Below, in pieces: positions 60,594 to 64,000 of a stretch of 64,000 bases of DNA; the first letter of the stretch is position 1; each line of letters begins with the position of its first letter. A model generated the notes under the pieces. That model was given only the letters and a program-made list of their open reading frames with translations, searched no databases and was not told the DNA's origin. The position numbers were made by a program, and so were the translations under genes. This DNA comes from an uncultured Chloroflexia bacterium (GTDB lineage: Bacteria; Chloroflexota; Anaerolineae; Anaerolineales; Anaerolineaceae). Location: the NCBI GenBank assembly GCA_963741885.1, contig CAVUJS010000009.1, positions 54,636 through 118,635 on the forward strand, read 5' to 3'.

Positions 60594-61276
60594 CGAGTTT
60601 CGACGGGGGGTTCGATCAGCCCCAATGAGACGGCGCGCATGACGGCCTCGGTGCGCGAGGCGGCAGAGAGCTTGCCAAAGATGTGCGCCAGGTGGTTCTG
60701 CACGGTGCGGTCTGAGATGGTCAGCTGCGCGCCAATGGCTTTATTGGTCAGGCCGCGCGCCACCAGGGAGAGGATTTCCAGCTCGCGCTCGGTGAGCGGC
60801 TCCACCTGCACTAGCGGCTCGGGCTCCGGTTGAGACTCCTTACGGATCAGGCGCATGGCCAGGGCGGCATCTAACACCGATTTCCCCGCGTATACATCCC
60901 GCACGGCCTGGGCAATCTCCAGCGGTTCGGCGGTCTTGAGCACGTAGCCGTTGGCGCCCGCGCGCAGGACGGCCTGCACATATGGTTCATCGTCATAGGC
61001 CGTCAGGATGAGGATGCCGCCGTCCGGCCCCTGGGCGCGCATCCAGCGGGTGACCTCGATGCCGGTCATCCCAGGCATTTGCACATCCAGCACGGCCACA
61101 TCTGGGTGATGTTCGGCGATCAGGCGGCAGGCCTCATTGCCATCACTGGCCTCGGCGACTACCTCGATTCCGCCGGCGAATTCAAGGAACTGGCGGATGC
61201 CAGCGCGCACCACGGCATGGTCATCGGCCAGTAAAACACGGATGGGAGCATTGTTTTGTTGAGTGTTCTGGTTCAT
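60590..61276 (-). CDS. NarL/LuxR-family response regulator
   Basis: VLLADDHAVVRAGI, LDVQMPGMTG, and HTH LTERELEILSLVARGLTNKAIGAQLTISDRTVQNH. 4-nt overlap with the kinase gene. Confidence 0.92.
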   Translation of the reverse strand: MNQNTQQNNAPIRVLLADDHAVVRAGIRQFLEFAGGIEVVAEASDGNEACRLIAEHHPDVAVLDVQMPGMTGIEVTRWMRAQGPDGGILILTAYDDEPYVQAVLRAGANGYVLKTAEPLEIAQAVRDVYAGKSVLDAALAMRLIRKESQPEPEPLVQVEPLTERELEILSLVARGLTNKAIGAQLTISDRTVQNHLAHIFGKLSAASRTEAVMRAVSLGLIEPPVETR

Positions 61277-61482
61277 TTAGGCGCAATTATAGCAGAGGAT
61301 GCGTGGATGCTCAAATTATTGATACAACGGTATTGCCCAAGCCGGTCCGGCTTGGGCAATACCGTTTGAACACTTTGGTTTATATTTTTTGCCTGTGCGG
61401 TGGGTTGTCACGCAAACGGAGCTGTCCGCCGAGTATGACCGGCAGATTTGCGAACCCTGCTGGGACCCCTGCGCAGGCTGGA

Positions 61483-61728
61483 TTAAAGCCTGCCGGGCAG
61501 CGGGCGGCACCAGCCGGTGAAACCGTCGATGATCTCCAGGATCAGGTCGGCTTCTTCGCTGCGGTTCTGCCGGGCGAGGTGGGCGTGAAAAGCTTCCAGC
61601 GCGGGGAGCAGATCACTGCGCTCGTAGCCGCGCTCCAGCAATTCGTTCATCAGTTTTTGCAGCCCGGCGCGCGGCGTTGGGGTTTGCAGCGCCGTCTCCA
61701 GGCGCGGTTCAAGCGAAGTGAAATCCAT
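61483..61728 (-). CDS. Small hypothetical protein (81 aa), probably leaderless
   Basis: TTGCCT-18 nt-TAGAAT ends 6 nt before the ATG (61728) and there is no SD. Protein-like helical sequence. No homology recognised. Confidence 0.45.
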   Translation of the reverse strand: MDFTSLEPRLETALQTPTPRAGLQKLMNELLERGYERSDLLPALEAFHAHLARQNRSEEADLILEIIDGFTGWCRPLPGRL

Positions 61729-61813
61729 AAGACTATTCTACACAAAATTTGGATCAGCAGGCAATTTTATGTGCCACGGGATGAGAAAGTAGCCTTTTCT
61801 TGCCGGCAAGCTG

Positions 61814-61978
61814 CCGTCCACGAATGCGCTTCGCGCGAACGAATAATCGAATGGTACGCGGTAGGCTTTTTCCGATCCGTGAAGGGTACACTCATGCTCG
61901 TTTGCTTTATAAAGGAACCCCTCCGAGCCTGGTAATATTCGCTTATTCGTTTTGCGGCGCAGCCGCATTCGTGGACGG
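61814..61978. repeat. MITE-like element with terminal inverted repeats CCGTCCACGAATG / CATTCGTGGACGG (third, inverted copy)
   Basis: Its reverse complement aligns with 50175..50327 and 54694..54845 at the ends (CCGTCCACGAATGCGGCTGCGCCGCAAAACGAATAAGCG ... CATTCGTGGACGG). The centre is divergent. Confidence 0.75.
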
Positions 61979-62003
61979 CTTCTCCCTGCTTCAAAAACTT
62001 AAT

Positions 62004-62204
62004 TTGACTTTTCTCCCCAATCTGATTATCATTCCCTCTATGAACGCATATTCTGCTTCTTCCTTAATGCGCATGGCCATGCGCCGCGCCGGGCTGGCAT
62101 CCTGGATGCCGCGCGGCTGTTTGCGTTTGGGGAGGAAGACCGGGTAATCTGTGCGCCGGTTTTTAGCTGTTTTTACCCTCCCTGCACGGGAGGGTTTATT
62201 TTTT
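62004..62204 (+). promoter_or_regulatory. Candidate metG leader: promoter, leaderless 35-codon Met-rich sORF (62040..62147), intrinsic terminator (62176..62204)
   Basis: TTGACT(62004)-17 nt-TATCAT(62027-62032), with ATG 62040 at the expected +1. sORF MNAYSASSLMRMAMRRAGLASWMPRGCLRLGRKTG. CCCTCCC-TGCAC-GGGAGGG + TTTATTTTTT abuts the metG AAGGAG RBS. Confidence 0.4.
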
Positions 62205-62216
62205 AAGGAGTTTTCG

Positions 62217-63761
62217 ATGTTTTACGTGACGACGCCGATTTATTATGTGAACGATGAGCCGCATTTGGGCCATGCCTACACCACCATCCTGGCGGATGCT
62301 CTGGCGCGTTATCACCGGTTGCGCGGCGAGGAGGTGTTCTTTCTGACCGGCGTGGATGAGCACGGGCAAAAGGTGGCAAATGCGGTCAAGAAAAACAACT
62401 TGAGCGACCCGCAAGGTTATGTTGACGCGATGGCGCTGCGTTTTCAGGATACCTGGGCCAGCCTGGAGATTGCTTACGACGATTTTATCCGCACCACTCA
62501 GCCGCGCCATATCCAGGTGGTTCGGGATATTTTGCAGCAGCTGTGGGACGCCGGTGAGATTTACCGCGGCGCTTACGAGGGCTGGTACTGCGTGCCGGAT
62601 GAGCGTTTCTGGACGGAAAAAGACCTGCGCCTGGGCCCGGACGGCGCGCCGTTATGCCCGGACTGCGGCCGGCCGGTGGAGAAGATCACCGAGACGAATT
62701 ATTTCTTCCGCATGAGCGCCTACCAGGACTGGCTGATCGATTACATTCAAACCCACCCCGCCTTTATCCAGCCCGGGTACCGGCGCAACGAGGTGCTGGG
62801 GTTCCTGCGCCAGCCATTGAGCGACCTGTGCATTTCGCGCCCGGCGGCTCGCCTCAATTGGGGCATTCCCCTGCCGTTTGACGCGGACTACGTGACCTAT
62901 GTGTGGTTCGACGCGCTGCTGAATTACGTCACCGCGGCGGGTTATGGCGCGGACGCGGAGCGCTTTGCCGGGCAGTGGCCGGAGGCGCTGCACCTGATTG
63001 GCAAGGATATCCTCACCACCCATTCGGTTTACTGGCCGACCATGCTCAAAGCCGCCGGGCTGCCCCAACCGAAAACCATCTTTGCGCATGGCTGGTGGGT
63101 GATTGGCGGGACGAAGATGGGCAAGTCACTGGGGAACGCCGTGCGCCCGCTGGATCTGGTGGAGCAATATGGGGTGGACGCTTTCCGCTACTTCCTGCTG
63201 CGCGATATGACCCCCGGGCAGGATGCCGAGTTTTCCGCCGAGCGCCTGGACACGCGCTATGCCAGCGACCTTGCCAATAACCTGGGCAACCTGCTTCAGC
63301 GCGTGCTCAGCATGCTCGGGCGCTACTGTCAGGGGCGCGTTCCTCAGCCGGGCGAGCCAACTGAGGCAGAGGCCGCGCTGCGCGCGCAGCTGGAAGCGCT
63401 GCCAGGGCAGGTCTTTGCCCAGGTAGATGAACTGGCGCTGAACAACGCACTGGGGCTGGTGCTGGAGGCGCTTAGCGCGGTCAACGCTTACCTGGAGCGC
63501 AGCGCGCCGTGGCGGGCTGCCAAAGCCGGCGCACAGGCGCGGGTGGAGACGATCCTGTATACCGCCGGGGAAGCGCTGCGCTTTGCCTCTGTGCTGCTAG
63601 CCCCCGCGCTGCCGCAACAGACAGTGGAAATTTGGCGGCGTTTGGGCTGGCTGGCCCCTGAACCGCTGGCGCAGGGGCTGGCCTGGGGCAGCTGGCAGCC
63701 GGGAACCCCGGTGGTGCAGGGTGAGCCGTTGTTTCCTAAGCAGGAAGGCGGGTTGGGGTAA
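62217..63761 (+). CDS. metG: Methionine--tRNA ligase
   Basis: AAGGAG 6 nt before ATG 62217. TTPIYYVNDEPHLGHAYT (HIGH region), Zn knuckle CPDCGRP, KMGKSLGN (KMSKS). Confidence 0.95.
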   Translation: MFYVTTPIYYVNDEPHLGHAYTTILADALARYHRLRGEEVFFLTGVDEHGQKVANAVKKNNLSDPQGYVDAMALRFQDTWASLEIAYDDFIRTTQPRHIQVVRDILQQLWDAGEIYRGAYEGWYCVPDERFWTEKDLRLGPDGAPLCPDCGRPVEKITETNYFFRMSAYQDWLIDYIQTHPAFIQPGYRRNEVLGFLRQPLSDLCISRPAARLNWGIPLPFDADYVTYVWFDALLNYVTAAGYGADAERFAGQWPEALHLIGKDILTTHSVYWPTMLKAAGLPQPKTIFAHGWWVIGGTKMGKSLGNAVRPLDLVEQYGVDAFRYFLLRDMTPGQDAEFSAERLDTRYASDLANNLGNLLQRVLSMLGRYCQGRVPQPGEPTEAEAALRAQLEALPGQVFAQVDELALNNALGLVLEALSAVNAYLERSAPWRAAKAGAQARVETILYTAGEALRFASVLLAPALPQQTVEIWRRLGWLAPEPLAQGLAWGSWQPGTPVVQGEPLFPKQEGGLG

Positions 63762-63770
63762 CCTGGCAGG

Positions 63771-63820
63771 CTGCGGCCGGGCGGTCAACCCCTGCGGCCG
63801 GGCGGTCAATCCCTGCGGGC
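63771..63820. repeat. 21-bp tandem repeat x2.3 (CTGCGGCCGGGCGGTCAAYCC)
   Basis: Direct reading, between the convergent metG and cytochrome c genes. Confidence 0.85.
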
Positions 63821-63844
63821 TACAGAAGGCTGGCAATTCAGGGT

Positions 63845-64000
63845 CTACTGTGTGGGAAAGGGCTGCCCGAGTGCAAAAGTGTACAGATAACTCACCAGCG
63901 CATCCAGCTGATCCTGGGTGAAGATCGCGCCCCAGGCGGGCATGCCGGTGCCCATGCCTCCGCGCAGCAGTTTGCCTTCCAGCAGGGCCGGGCTGGCCCC
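63845..64000 (-). CDS. c-type cytochrome, C-terminal fragment (gene continues beyond window end)
   Basis: Minus frame reads ...LLEGKLLRGGMGTGMPAWGAIFTQDQLDALVSYLYTFALGQPFPTQ then stop. MPAWG...LDALVSYL is the typical class I cytochrome c C-terminus (Met ligand region). Confidence 0.6.
   Translation of the reverse strand, partial: GASPALLEGKLLRGGMGTGMPAWGAIFTQDQLDALVSYLYTFALGQPFPTQ

Noticed and set aside
61800-62147. 115-aa plus-strand ORF
   Set aside because: Its first two-thirds run through the MITE-like repeat and the proposed promoter. Only the last 35 codons (62040..62147) are considered, as a possible leader peptide.

Overview
High-GC bacterial chromosomal window (flanking genes look above 60% GC by eye). 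The gene content, with many lipoproteins, sensor kinases and PQQ-propeller/kinase proteins, suggests a Chloroflexota (Anaerolineae-like) genome; that assignment is inference only. I support about 47 protein-coding genes. Housekeeping anchors are proS (5' part), metG, ftsK, an M32 carboxypeptidase, larE and a HemN-like radical SAM enzyme. The window also holds three two-component pairs, two c-di-GMP turnover proteins, a class III cyclase, an ABC-2 exporter, a GH31 glycosidase, a processive GT2, an LCP protein and a triad of DUF2382/GSP17M-type stress proteins. I saw no rRNA, tRNA or CRISPR array. Four things stand out. (1) At 26.0-34.4 kb, two convergent operons encode a CHAT caspase-like protease preceded by a trypco2-like small protein and a RIO kinase. 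They face a Zn-ribbon/beta-propeller/alpha-solenoid protein, a small protein and a membrane Hanks kinase. The CHAT protease and the small protein end in the same ~65-70 aa helical module, which resembles an effector-associated domain (EAD). This is my best candidate for an undescribed conflict or programmed-cell-death system, and it lacks any STAND/AAA NTPase. (2) At 50.3-54.6 kb there is an AT-rich ~4.3 kb island bracketed by ~254-bp direct repeats. It holds an IS4-family element (21-bp TIRs, 11-bp TSD), a heavily decayed EcoRI-like N6A methyltransferase pseudogene and an intact DUF262-HNH nuclease. (3) Several families of structured intergenic repeats recur through the window: mosaic hairpin modules, a cloverleaf-like ~100-nt element, a double-hairpin element and a TIR-bounded MITE-like element. 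(4) Both aminoacyl-tRNA synthetase genes are preceded by a short ORF enriched in the cognate amino acid, followed by an intrinsic-terminator hairpin just before the RBS. This fits leader-peptide attenuation. All functional calls rest on motif recognition by eye; no database search was run.
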